Shown piece after piece: positions 1 through 6,945 of a DNA stretch of 47,533 nt. The notes below the pieces were generated by a model, which had not been told where the DNA came from, ran no database searches, and saw only the letters and a list, made by a program, of their open reading frames with translations. The DNA is from a virus. Positions within the stretch are counted from its first letter, which is position 1. Each line of letters starts with the position of its first letter. A program made the position numbers and the translations under genes. The stretch is taken from the IMG/VR virus record IMGVR_UViG_2574179724_000001, one strand, 5' to 3'.

Positions 1-95
1 TGACTTAATCTGTTGTCCTGTTGTTGTCCTCGATGCGGCTTTCTACCTATATTATAGGCATCTATAACCCCGATCACCGGTATTTTTATTAATAT
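1..95. repeat. Terminal direct repeat, left copy (attL candidate or circular-assembly overlap)
   Basis: Bases 1-95 are identical base for base to 47439-47533. The repeat runs into both window edges, so its true length is unknown. Confidence 0.9.
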
Positions 96-106
96 TTAGA
101 AGACGT

Positions 107-137
107 AAACGTTGATTTATCAGCGTTTATTTTTTTA
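107..137 (+). terminator. Hairpin plus T-run just outside the integrase 3' end
   Basis: AAACGTTGA (107-115) pairs with TCAGCGTTT (120-128), including one G-T wobble. ATTTTTTTA follows on the + strand. It would block inward antisense transcription into int. Confidence 0.4.
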
Positions 138-144
138 TAAATGG

Positions 145-1272
145 TTAAAAGCCGTTATAAAATATAACTTTGTTGTCTTGCTGTTGTCCTAAGTTGTCCA
201 TTAAATGTTCTATCTTATTGTCATTACGAGCTTTATACTCATCAATGAGATAGGCATATTTTTTTGCTGTAATCATCATATTTGAATGACCAAGACGTTT
301 GCTAATTGCATATAGATCAATACCTTTAAATAGCAAGTAAGCAACATGAGAGTGACGTAGTGAATGAAAATGAAAGCCTTCCTTTTTTATATTGCACTGT
401 TTAAATAGCTCTCTAAGTTTTTTATTAACAGCATTGGAACTAGGGACAGTGTTTTGATTGTTGCGAAATACATTGTCCATTCCATTTTTCTTCAGCTGTG
501 ATAAGCAGTTGAGTAAATCATTATTTACACTAATAGTTCTATTTGAACTTGTTGTCTTTGTTGTCTTAGTCTTGTGACTGTGATAATCATAAGATTTATT
601 TATCGAAATTGTCTTGTGTTTAAAATCAATATCTTCCCAAGTTAAAGCCATTATTTCTCCTAGGCGCATTCCTGTATAGATGGCAGTTAGAATCATATAG
701 CGGCTAGTGTATCTCGTATCCAGCTTATATTTAGCTGCATTTATTAGCATATTTATTTCTTTAACATTTAGATATTCAACCTTCATAGAATTCTGCTGAT
801 TAAACTTAAGCTCAGTCCTTTGAGTGAAATCTTTTGTAATAATATCATCTAAAATTGCATTTTTTGCACAAGCACGAACATAACCATTTATTTTTGCAAT
901 TGTTTCTTTAGCATGATTAGCTCCATACCAATTCAAAAAAGATTGATAATCTTCACGGGTTATTTTTTGAATCCTTTTAATTCCAAAGTATTTTTTTATA
1001 ATTTTGCTGGTAAGCACATAATGCCGAAGCGTAGATTCTGTTACTTTGTTTTCCTTATACGTTTTATACCAATAATCAAAATATTTTGAAAGTTCAATAT
1101 CCTTTTTAGCGGAAATAACGCCTGACTTTTTTGCTTCAATTTTAGCAGCATATAACCGCGCTTCCGATTTGGTTAAGAAACCACTTTTTGATGTTTGTTG
1201 CAATTTTCCATTATTATCACGTTGTGAAATTGTAACTTTCCAACCAGACTTAAGTTTCCTAAAACTTGCCAT
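145..1272 (-). CDS. int: Tyrosine recombinase / phage integrase
   Basis: 375 aa. The C-terminal region has HSLRHSH...LGHSNMMITAKKYAY (R-H-R-Y catalytic pattern). The N-terminus is an arm-binding AP2-like domain. AAGGAGG RBS. Confidence 0.95.
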   Translation of the reverse strand: MASFRKLKSGWKVTISQRDNNGKLQQTSKSGFLTKSEARLYAAKIEAKKSGVISAKKDIELSKYFDYWYKTYKENKVTESTLRHYVLTSKIIKKYFGIKRIQKITREDYQSFLNWYGANHAKETIAKINGYVRACAKNAILDDIITKDFTQRTELKFNQQNSMKVEYLNVKEINMLINAAKYKLDTRYTSRYMILTAIYTGMRLGEIMALTWEDIDFKHKTISINKSYDYHSHKTKTTKTTSSNRTISVNNDLLNCLSQLKKNGMDNVFRNNQNTVPSSNAVNKKLRELFKQCNIKKEGFHFHSLRHSHVAYLLFKGIDLYAISKRLGHSNMMITAKKYAYLIDEYKARNDNKIEHLMDNLGQQQDNKVIFYNGF

Positions 1273-1377
1273 TGTAAAAGCCTCCTTCTTAATTTAATAT
1301 ATAAATAGGGTGTAAAAGCCCTTAGTTATTTATTTGACGGGCACATCTCAAACTTTGGCGAGTGGGGATGTGTTTTT

Positions 1378-1917
1378 TTACAACTTGATCTTGAATTTTT
1401 TACCACACTTCATACATACGGCATCGTATTTTTTTCCGCGTTTACCAGCAAATCCTGCAATTGTTCCAATTCCACCATATAAAACGCCACCAACAGCCGC
1501 CTTTCCTAGAGAAAAAGCTTTTCTTCGATTATCTAGTATTTGGATGTTATGTGACTTGCATTTCGGACACTTCGGAGCGTGACGAGAGTATTTTTCTTTT
1601 GGCTGTTCTATATTATTAATAATTGGTTGAGACTGCAGTTTTGGTTTTGAAACCGAATTGTTCTTTGTGTTATCCGGCAAATTGTGAACAAATTCTTCAG
1701 CATCTTTATACTTAGCATTTTCTTTGTCTCTTTTATCAGCACGTCCTTTAAATTGTGGCTGTGTGCCTTGAAATAGCCAAACACCTATAAACGCAATAAT
1801 TCCTATATGCCACCAATGAAGAAATAAAATGTTAATTATTCCAACAACAATACCAACCATTAAGCCACTAGCAAATCCGCCAGCAGGATCTCCCTTCCAA
1901 AACTTTTTATCTTCCAT
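1378..1917 (-). CDS. Membrane protein with a split C-terminal zinc ribbon (unknown function, lysogeny-module cargo)
   Basis: 179 aa. Two N-terminal hydrophobic helices. CPKC...CMKC pairs flank a Gly-rich hydrophobic stretch (AAVGGVLYGGIGTIAGFAG). AAGGAG RBS. Same strand as int and cI. Confidence 0.7.
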   Translation of the reverse strand: MEDKKFWKGDPAGGFASGLMVGIVVGIINILFLHWWHIGIIAFIGVWLFQGTQPQFKGRADKRDKENAKYKDAEEFVHNLPDNTKNNSVSKPKLQSQPIINNIEQPKEKYSRHAPKCPKCKSHNIQILDNRRKAFSLGKAAVGGVLYGGIGTIAGFAGKRGKKYDAVCMKCGKKFKIKL

Positions 1918-1936
1918 TTTATTTTGCTCCTTTTCC

Positions 1937-3007
1937 TTAAATTATTTCAATTTGTTTATATTTATATGGAACGTATTCATATTGAAAAACAGCCTTTTTG
2001 ATTATTTCATACAGCCCATAATTGTTAATTAGTGAGACATTTGTTTTTAAAGCTAATGTTATTGCAGAATCAGTAAAAGTGCTGTTAGTAATAACAACTG
2101 CTCTATCTAGACCATAATATTGTGTTCCGGCGATTGCCTGTTGAACTGCACTATTGCCAACAGGTGTGGAATATAATTTGCATTGGATTCCGTATTTTAA
2201 ATTATTTTTTTCAGCAATGACATCAAGTCCTTGATCGTTAGAATCTTGCGTTCTTTTTATATTACTGTATCCAGCAAAACTTAACAGGCGTGCTATGTAG
2301 TATTCAAATTCTAATCCATTCATTTCTTTGATGCTAGATAGATCCATATCGATAAAAATTTGTTCAAGGTTGCTAATGTGTCTTTCCTTGTTATTGATTT
2401 CTTTATTAAGAGAATCGATAGTGTTTCTCATTTCAATTTGTTCAAGCCTGTATTTTTCCTTTGACAAACAGATATTGTTGTTTAATTCTTTTAATTCAGA
2501 TTTCTTTAAAATGATTTTTTCATCTAATTTGTGGGCCTTCTCTCTATCCAAATTTACATCTTCTAGCACTTCTTTGTTTTGCCTTTTAATTTCACTGAGA
2601 GTTTTGTTCTTATCCATAATAAGCAAGTCTTTTTTTAGAACTACGGATCTATATTTAAGAACTATCAGCAATTCAGAAATCAGAATATGTTTTTCATGCT
2701 TTTCAGCTATTCCGGTTAATATGTCCGCTCTTTTGTTTTGCTTAGAAATTAGTTCTTTCATATTATTCTTTAGACGAGATGAAAAAACTCTTAATCTAAT
2801 TTTATCATAATATTTTTGTGAGGTTTCAGTTATACGGAAGCCCAATTGTTTTAAACAAAAAATTAGACCAGTGAAAAAAATTATTAAGAAGAAAAGTGGA
2901 TAAGGTTCTTTAGGCTTAGCTATATATAGTATAAAAGAAAATATCAGTAATATTGAAAAAACAACTGTAAGAACCCAGAAAAAAAGTTTCTTTAATATTT
3001 TCTTCAT
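1937..3007 (-). CDS. Membrane-anchored coiled-coil protein with a C-terminal Mrr-like (PD-(D/E)xK) restriction endonuclease domain
   Basis: Two N-terminal TM helices and a K/E/L-rich heptad region of about 150 aa. The C-terminal FEYYIARLL...GLDVIAEK...GIQCKLY...VVITNSTFT fits the Mrr_cat pattern. The ORF opens at GTG 3016, but ATG 3007 has a GAGGAA RBS. Confidence 0.75.
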   Translation of the reverse strand: MKKILKKLFFWVLTVVFSILLIFSFILYIAKPKEPYPLFFLIIFFTGLIFCLKQLGFRITETSQKYYDKIRLRVFSSRLKNNMKELISKQNKRADILTGIAEKHEKHILISELLIVLKYRSVVLKKDLLIMDKNKTLSEIKRQNKEVLEDVNLDREKAHKLDEKIILKKSELKELNNNICLSKEKYRLEQIEMRNTIDSLNKEINNKERHISNLEQIFIDMDLSSIKEMNGLEFEYYIARLLSFAGYSNIKRTQDSNDQGLDVIAEKNNLKYGIQCKLYSTPVGNSAVQQAIAGTQYYGLDRAVVITNSTFTDSAITLALKTNVSLINNYGLYEIIKKAVFQYEYVPYKYKQIEII

Positions 3008-3028
3008 AGCAATCACTTCCTCATATAT

Positions 3029-3063
3029 AAAAATATCCGAGTTTGATATATAATTAACTCGGA
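3029..3063 (-). terminator. Rho-independent terminator downstream of the repressor gene
   Basis: TCCGAGTT (3036-3043) pairs with AACTCGGA (3056-3063), an 8-bp stem. On the minus strand it is followed by TATTTTTAT. Confidence 0.5.
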
Positions 3064-3122
3064 CACATCATAAACCTTAGCTTATCGACCTCCACTCGCT
3101 CAAGCTGAGGCTTATTTTTTTG

Positions 3123-3752
3123 CTATAAATCAGTAACCACTCTAAACGCTTTTCCTAATATTCTAACTGGGTTATCTTTGCCAACAATAATTGGTGTGAA
3201 CTCTGGATTATCCGGCATTAAGAACATCGTCCCATTTGACCGCTTAATTCTCTTTAGCGTGGCTTCATTTGTTTCAGTCATCAGAACAGCTGCTATCTCA
3301 TCATCTTCTACATCTGGCTGTTGACGGATTAGAACTTTTGACCCGCTTGGGATAGTAGGTTTCATTGAATCACCTTTAGCCTTTAAGTAGAAGCATTTTC
3401 CGCTGGGTAGATAATTAACCGGTTCATCTATATATTCTTCAATATTTTCCTCAGCTAAAATTGGATCACCACAAGCAATTTCGCCTAGCAGTGGGATCTT
3501 AACCGTTTTAGTAATTGGTATGACATTATCAGGTTTTCTCTCAATTAAATCAGATTTTTCAACGTTAAAATAATCTGCCATTTTTTCAATACTACCAATC
3601 CTTGGATAGGAATTTCCGTTTATCCAATCAGTTAAGGTTGTATATTTAACGTTTAAATCAGCAGCCATTTTTGATCTCTCGGTTCCGTGCTGTTTCATAA
3701 ACCTTTTAATATTATCAGATAGAACCCTTTTATTTCCTAAATCGCTCATCAT
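3123..3752 (-). CDS. cI-type repressor (XRE HTH plus S24 LexA-like autopeptidase)
   Basis: N-terminal HTH (MAADLNVKYTTLTDWINGNSYP). C-terminal GDSM...K Ser-Lys dyad (KGDSMKPTI, LKRIK). The ORF opens at GTG 3758, but the ATG at 3752 follows the GAGGTG RBS. Confidence 0.9.
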   Translation of the reverse strand: MMSDLGNKRVLSDNIKRFMKQHGTERSKMAADLNVKYTTLTDWINGNSYPRIGSIEKMADYFNVEKSDLIERKPDNVIPITKTVKIPLLGEIACGDPILAEENIEEYIDEPVNYLPSGKCFYLKAKGDSMKPTIPSGSKVLIRQQPDVEDDEIAAVLMTETNEATLKRIKRSNGTMFLMPDNPEFTPIIVGKDNPVRILGKAFRVVTDL

Positions 3753-3774
3753 TTTCACCTCACTTTCTACATAT

Positions 3775-3802
3775 ATTATACGGCTGTTCCGTAAAAAGTA
3801 AA
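3775..3802 (-). promoter_or_regulatory. Leftward maintenance-type promoter for the repressor, with an operator in the spacer
   Basis: On the minus strand: TTTACT, 16 nt, TATAAT. The palindrome TACGGCTGTTCCGTA (3779-3793) sits in the spacer. Confidence 0.5.
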
Positions 3803-3844
3803 TAGAAAATCAACAAAAAAATATGTTTTTTTCGTATTTTGTTA

Positions 3845-3873
3845 TTGACTTTACGATTTAATCGTATTAATAT
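3845..3873 (+). promoter_or_regulatory. Rightward early promoter with an operator in the spacer
   Basis: TTGACT (3845-3850), 17 nt, TAATAT (3868-3873). The palindrome TACGATTTAATCGTA (3852-3866) fills the spacer. Confidence 0.65.
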
Positions 3874-3902
3874 TGAAAATGCAAAGAGGAGGTGGAAAAC
3901 AA

Positions 3903-4145
3903 ATGGAAATTCAAAAACATTTCAAAGTAACTTTAAGAGGCCTACGTGCAACTTATGGGCTAAGCCAAAAAGAAGCGGCTGAAGCTATTGGTGTGGGGCT
4001 TGAAACGTGGAGAAACTATGAACGTGGGATCACTTCACCTGATGAAAAGAAGCTCAGAGTGATTGAAAAAGTATTCAATATAAGTTACGACGATATTATT
4101 TTTTGTCGTCAATTACGATTAAATCGTAGCAAAGTCACAGAATAG
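3903..4145 (+). CDS. Cro-like XRE-family HTH regulator
   Basis: LRATYGLSQKEAAEAIGVGLETWRNYERG HTH. GAGGAGG RBS lies 9 nt before ATG 3903 (the ORF track opens at TTG 3873). Divergent from cI. Confidence 0.85.
   Translation: MEIQKHFKVTLRGLRATYGLSQKEAAEAIGVGLETWRNYERGITSPDEKKLRVIEKVFNISYDDIIFCRQLRLNRSKVTE
4114..4128. promoter_or_regulatory. Third operator-type palindrome, inside the cro 3' end
   Basis: TACGATTAAATCGTA has the same TACG-N7-CGTA architecture as 3779-3793 and 3852-3866. Confidence 0.45.
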
Positions 4146-4157
4146 GAGGAACAAAAT

Positions 4158-4784
4158 ATGAAAACAGAAGTTTGGAATGGGCATCAAATAAGATTCATTG
4201 AATTGAACAATGAATGGTTTGCTATCGGCAAAGATGTTACTGACGCTTTGGAATATATCAATAGCAGAGATGCAATCAAAGCACATGTTGATGAAGAAGA
4301 TAAGAATACCGTAGCGATTCACGACGGTATTAAAGGAAATCCAAATAGAGTAGTAATTTCTGAGTTTGGAATTTATGATTTGATTTTTAATTCAAAAATG
4401 CCACAAGCAAAACAATTTAAACGCTGGGTCTTCAACGTAATCAAAACATTGCGTACTCAATCAGGACTAGAGGGCTTTGAGATTTTCCGAACACTTGATA
4501 AGGATCATCAACGAAAAATGATGAATCAACTTAATCAATCATTATCACATCCAGTGCGACTAAATTTTATGAAAGCAAACACGATTACAAATAAAGCAGT
4601 ATCAACTAAGTTTGGCTTTAAGAAAATGATTAAAAAGGGTGAAATGACACCACAGATGCTAGCTGAACGTGAGCATGTTTTAGAGGATGTAGTAAATTTG
4701 ATGGCTTTACGAGATAAGTACGGATTGAATATTTCAATCAGTCAGACAATTTACAACTCGGATAAGCAACTAGTTACGGAATAA
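4158..4784 (+). CDS. Phage antirepressor (BRO-N domain family)
   Basis: N-terminal WNGHQIRF...EWFAIGKDVTDALEY...AIKAHVDEEDK...VISEFGIYDLIFNSKMPQAKQFKRWV matches the Bro-N pattern. AGGAGG RBS. Confidence 0.8.
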   Translation: MKTEVWNGHQIRFIELNNEWFAIGKDVTDALEYINSRDAIKAHVDEEDKNTVAIHDGIKGNPNRVVISEFGIYDLIFNSKMPQAKQFKRWVFNVIKTLRTQSGLEGFEIFRTLDKDHQRKMMNQLNQSLSHPVRLNFMKANTITNKAVSTKFGFKKMIKKGEMTPQMLAEREHVLEDVVNLMALRDKYGLNISISQTIYNSDKQLVTE

Positions 4785-4799
4785 GGAAGAGTGATACAA

Positions 4800-4928
4800 A
4801 TGGAAAAGTTGGATAAAGCAATCAGTGATTTTATAGTCGACGTTTTGTCTGAAAAAGAAACAAAAACAAGCCCTGAAATGGTGGCAGCCATTGCAGAACT
4901 TGTAGAAAGTGTTAACAAATATGGTTAG
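4800..4928 (+). CDS. Small hypothetical protein (42 aa)
   Basis: ATG preceded by an AAGGAAGAG RBS. MEKLDKAISDFIVDVLSEKETKTSPEMVAAIAELVESVNKYG. Below the ORF-track length cutoff. Confidence 0.45.
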   Translation: MEKLDKAISDFIVDVLSEKETKTSPEMVAAIAELVESVNKYG

Positions 4929-5094
4929 AACTTCTTTCGAATTGTTTGTTGTGACTTTGTTAGTAGTTGGGAATTTTTATTTAGCATTCTCTTTTACAAA
5001 AATGTTTAGCAGAGATAAAGATATTAGTTATTATCTTTTAATGTCAACTTTAGCCATTTTTATAATTGGAACATTAATAGAGTTCTTCTACTAA
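4921..5094 (+). CDS. Small two-helix membrane protein (hypothetical)
   Basis: The 57-aa ORF is mostly hydrophobic (two predicted TM helices). The start is uncertain (GTG 4909 or ATG 4921). Confidence 0.3.
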   Translation: MVRTSFELFVVTLLVVGNFYLAFSFTKMFSRDKDISYYLLMSTLAIFIIGTLIEFFY

Positions 5095-5612
5095 ACGTGT
5101 CTCATAACAAATCCTTGCTTCTGAATCCTATCTAAATAGTTGTAATTTGAAAGCTTTTCGAGATAACCGTTCGCATGACGAAACCAACTAATATTTTGCG
5201 AATCGGTAAATAAAATAGCGGGTAAGTAATGATCGTTCCCCATAGCATGACTATCTATAAGATGAAACGTTTTTTTGCCGGGTGGAAATGTTTCTTGGAA
5301 TTTACCAAGATTGCCATCTGAATTTAACTTTTCAATTAATGAATCGATATCTGATTTATCGATGTTGCGGCACATAAAGACAAACAAATTGTATATTGGA
5401 GAATCATTTCCATTTCTCACTATTATTTTTTCTTCGTGGTCTTCAAAATCTTCCCAGGCTGAGACTCTTGAAGCTTGTGTTCTTTCAATGCGTTCATTTG
5501 TGTCTTTGTCAATTTTATTTTGATGCTTAATTGAATAGACCAGAGTTATGAAGGCTACTAAAGATGGTAAAGCGGGTAACCAATATTTTACAAAATAAGT
5601 TATTTTAATCAC
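5091..5612 (-). CDS. Single-pass membrane protein, unknown function (leftward cargo in the early region)
   Basis: 173 aa. N-terminal TM helix (WLPALPSLVAFITLVYSI) then a soluble domain. GAAGGAGG precedes GTG. The strand is opposite to the flanking early genes. Confidence 0.65.
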   Translation of the reverse strand: MIKITYFVKYWLPALPSLVAFITLVYSIKHQNKIDKDTNERIERTQASRVSAWEDFEDHEEKIIVRNGNDSPIYNLFVFMCRNIDKSDIDSLIEKLNSDGNLGKFQETFPPGKKTFHLIDSHAMGNDHYLPAILFTDSQNISWFRHANGYLEKLSNYNYLDRIQKQGFVMRHV

Positions 5613-5679
5613 CTCCTTCGAGATGATTATATCAAATATTTGCAGTAGGTGAGGGATTAAATAGAAAGGGGGGAATTAA

Positions 5680-5817
5680 ATGAAATTAACTATTGAAGGC
5701 AATACAGAGGAAATTAAAAACGTGCTCCAAGCTATTGGTGGTAGCAAGGAGCACAAAAAAATATTTAAACCCTCAGATAATAAAAAAAGTCAAAGAAACA
5801 TTCCTAACCCTTATTAG
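5680..5817 (+). CDS. Small hypothetical protein (45 aa)
   Basis: AAAGGGGGGA RBS then ATG. MKLTIEGNTEEIKNVLQAIGGSKEHKKIFKPSDNKKSQRNIPNPY. Its stop abuts the stop of the convergent gene at 5818. Confidence 0.4.
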   Translation: MKLTIEGNTEEIKNVLQAIGGSKEHKKIFKPSDNKKSQRNIPNPY

Positions 5818-6096
5818 TTAAGAAAAGATGTTTTCTCGAATAAACTTCCATTGATCATCTGTGGCTAATCCTTGGTAATTTTTAACTAATTCGCAGACAA
5901 ACAAACAATCATTTTTATCAAGTGCTTGTTCCAATTTAGTACACATATCTTCTGGGGACAGACTATTTCTTACCAGCCAAACAGATCCTTGAATTTTGAT
6001 ATATGCGCCACCAAAAGATTTAATGATTTTTTCAACCTGATCGTATTTTTGACCAGGATTGTCTAAATCATAAGAAATAATATAAGGCTTATCCAT
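5818..6096 (-). CDS. VapD/Cas2-like ferredoxin-fold small protein (tentative)
   Basis: YIISYDLD...KIIKSFGG.YIKIQGSVWLV...C-terminal DDQWKFIRENI recalls the Cas2/VapD pattern (beta1 YDL-D, QGS-aromatic, W..F). The GAGGTG RBS favours ATG 6096 over GTG 6105. Confidence 0.45.
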   Translation of the reverse strand: MDKPYIISYDLDNPGQKYDQVEKIIKSFGGAYIKIQGSVWLVRNSLSPEDMCTKLEQALDKNDCLFVCELVKNYQGLATDDQWKFIRENIFS

Positions 6097-6165
6097 GTGT
6101 TTCACCTCGATTATGTTGGATTAATTAAATTATATACCAAAAATTTTATGAAAGGGGATGTAAAT

Positions 6166-6486
6166 ATGCCCACATTGATAAATGAAAATGCAATTGCCGA
6201 ACTTGTAGAACAGCAAGTCAACAAACTTACTGATGAGCGACTACTAACTAGGCTTGATGGCATAACGTGGTCAACTGACCAATTCCGCAAAGCTTGCTGT
6301 GGTGGCAAAGACAGCGGCTGGGTTACGACTTTCATTTTAGACAAGTTTCTTGATGAGATTGATTACTACCACGGTGGCTGGCTGATTCGTGGTGGACGAG
6401 GAAAGGCAAATATTATTTTCGCCAAGCCTGCTTGCGAGTGGATGGAGAAAAATCGTAACCGAATTGATTGGGAGGCGAAAATATGA
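6166..6486 (+). CDS. DUF771-like phage protein (possible excisionase-type DNA-binding protein)
   Basis: AAAGGGGA RBS before ATG 6166. The WSTDQFRKACCG...TFILDKFLDEIDYYHGGWLIRGG...IFAKPACEWMEKN pattern resembles DUF771 of lactic-acid-bacterial phages. Confidence 0.5.
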   Translation: MPTLINENAIAELVEQQVNKLTDERLLTRLDGITWSTDQFRKACCGGKDSGWVTTFILDKFLDEIDYYHGGWLIRGGRGKANIIFAKPACEWMEKNRNRIDWEAKI

Positions 6487-6563
6487 CGTTTGCAGACTGG
6501 TTTGTAACGCTGATTATCGTCTATTTCATCGGCTGTTATGTGGGGAGGCATGAGCGAAAATGA

Positions 6564-6779
6564 TTGGGTTTCTATGGTTTCACACACTATTTTTTCCCAG
6601 CGATTGTTTTTATAGGCGGCTTAATCGTTAGTTTGTGGTTGGTCGGAAAGGTGGCAGATGCAATTGAACGTATTGGGTCAAGAATTGCTAGGTGTTGGCT
6701 GATTAAAAAAATAGAAGCCTACGGCAATGGGCTTCATTACAAATATTTCTTACAAAAATTATACCACAGAAAGGATTAA
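6564..6779 (+). CDS. Small membrane protein (hypothetical)
   Basis: 71-aa ORF with one TM helix (FFPAIVFIGGLIVSLWLVG). TTG start. A 26-aa hydrophobic ORF (6483-6563) precedes it. Confidence 0.3.
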   Translation: MGFYGFTHYFFPAIVFIGGLIVSLWLVGKVADAIERIGSRIARCWLIKKIEAYGNGLHYKYFLQKLYHRKD

Positions 6780-6783
6780 AAGC

Positions 6784-6945
6784 ATGAAAAAACAAATTAC
6801 AGTAGGAACGGTTTTAAGAATGAAAACAACTGAAGAGTTAAAAACATTGAACACTATATTGGCTTTAGAAGCAGCAAGCCTTAAAGATCATCATCACTTA
6901 GAACAATTTGCTAAAAATGTAAGCTTTTTAGAAGAAGGTGAGTGA
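6784..6945 (+). CDS. Small hypothetical protein (53 aa)
   Basis: ATG after an AGGA RBS. The stop overlaps the start of the next gene (GTGA). Confidence 0.45.
   Translation: MKKQITVGTVLRMKTTEELKTLNTILALEAASLKDHHHLEQFAKNVSFLEEGE

Noticed and set aside
1334-2810. Plus-strand ORFs 1334-1582, 1829-2032 and 2328-2810 in the lysogeny module
   Set aside because: Each is fully embedded antisense in better-supported minus-strand genes with RBSs. Their translations are Ser/Leu/Phe-rich low-complexity sequences.
3072-3120. Plus-strand terminator-like hairpin (AAACCTTAGCT ... AGCTGAGGCTT plus T7) between two minus-strand genes
   Set aside because: The loop is 20 nt and the stem has a mismatch. No plus-strand gene ends there. 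It could block antisense transcription, but the evidence is too weak to annotate.
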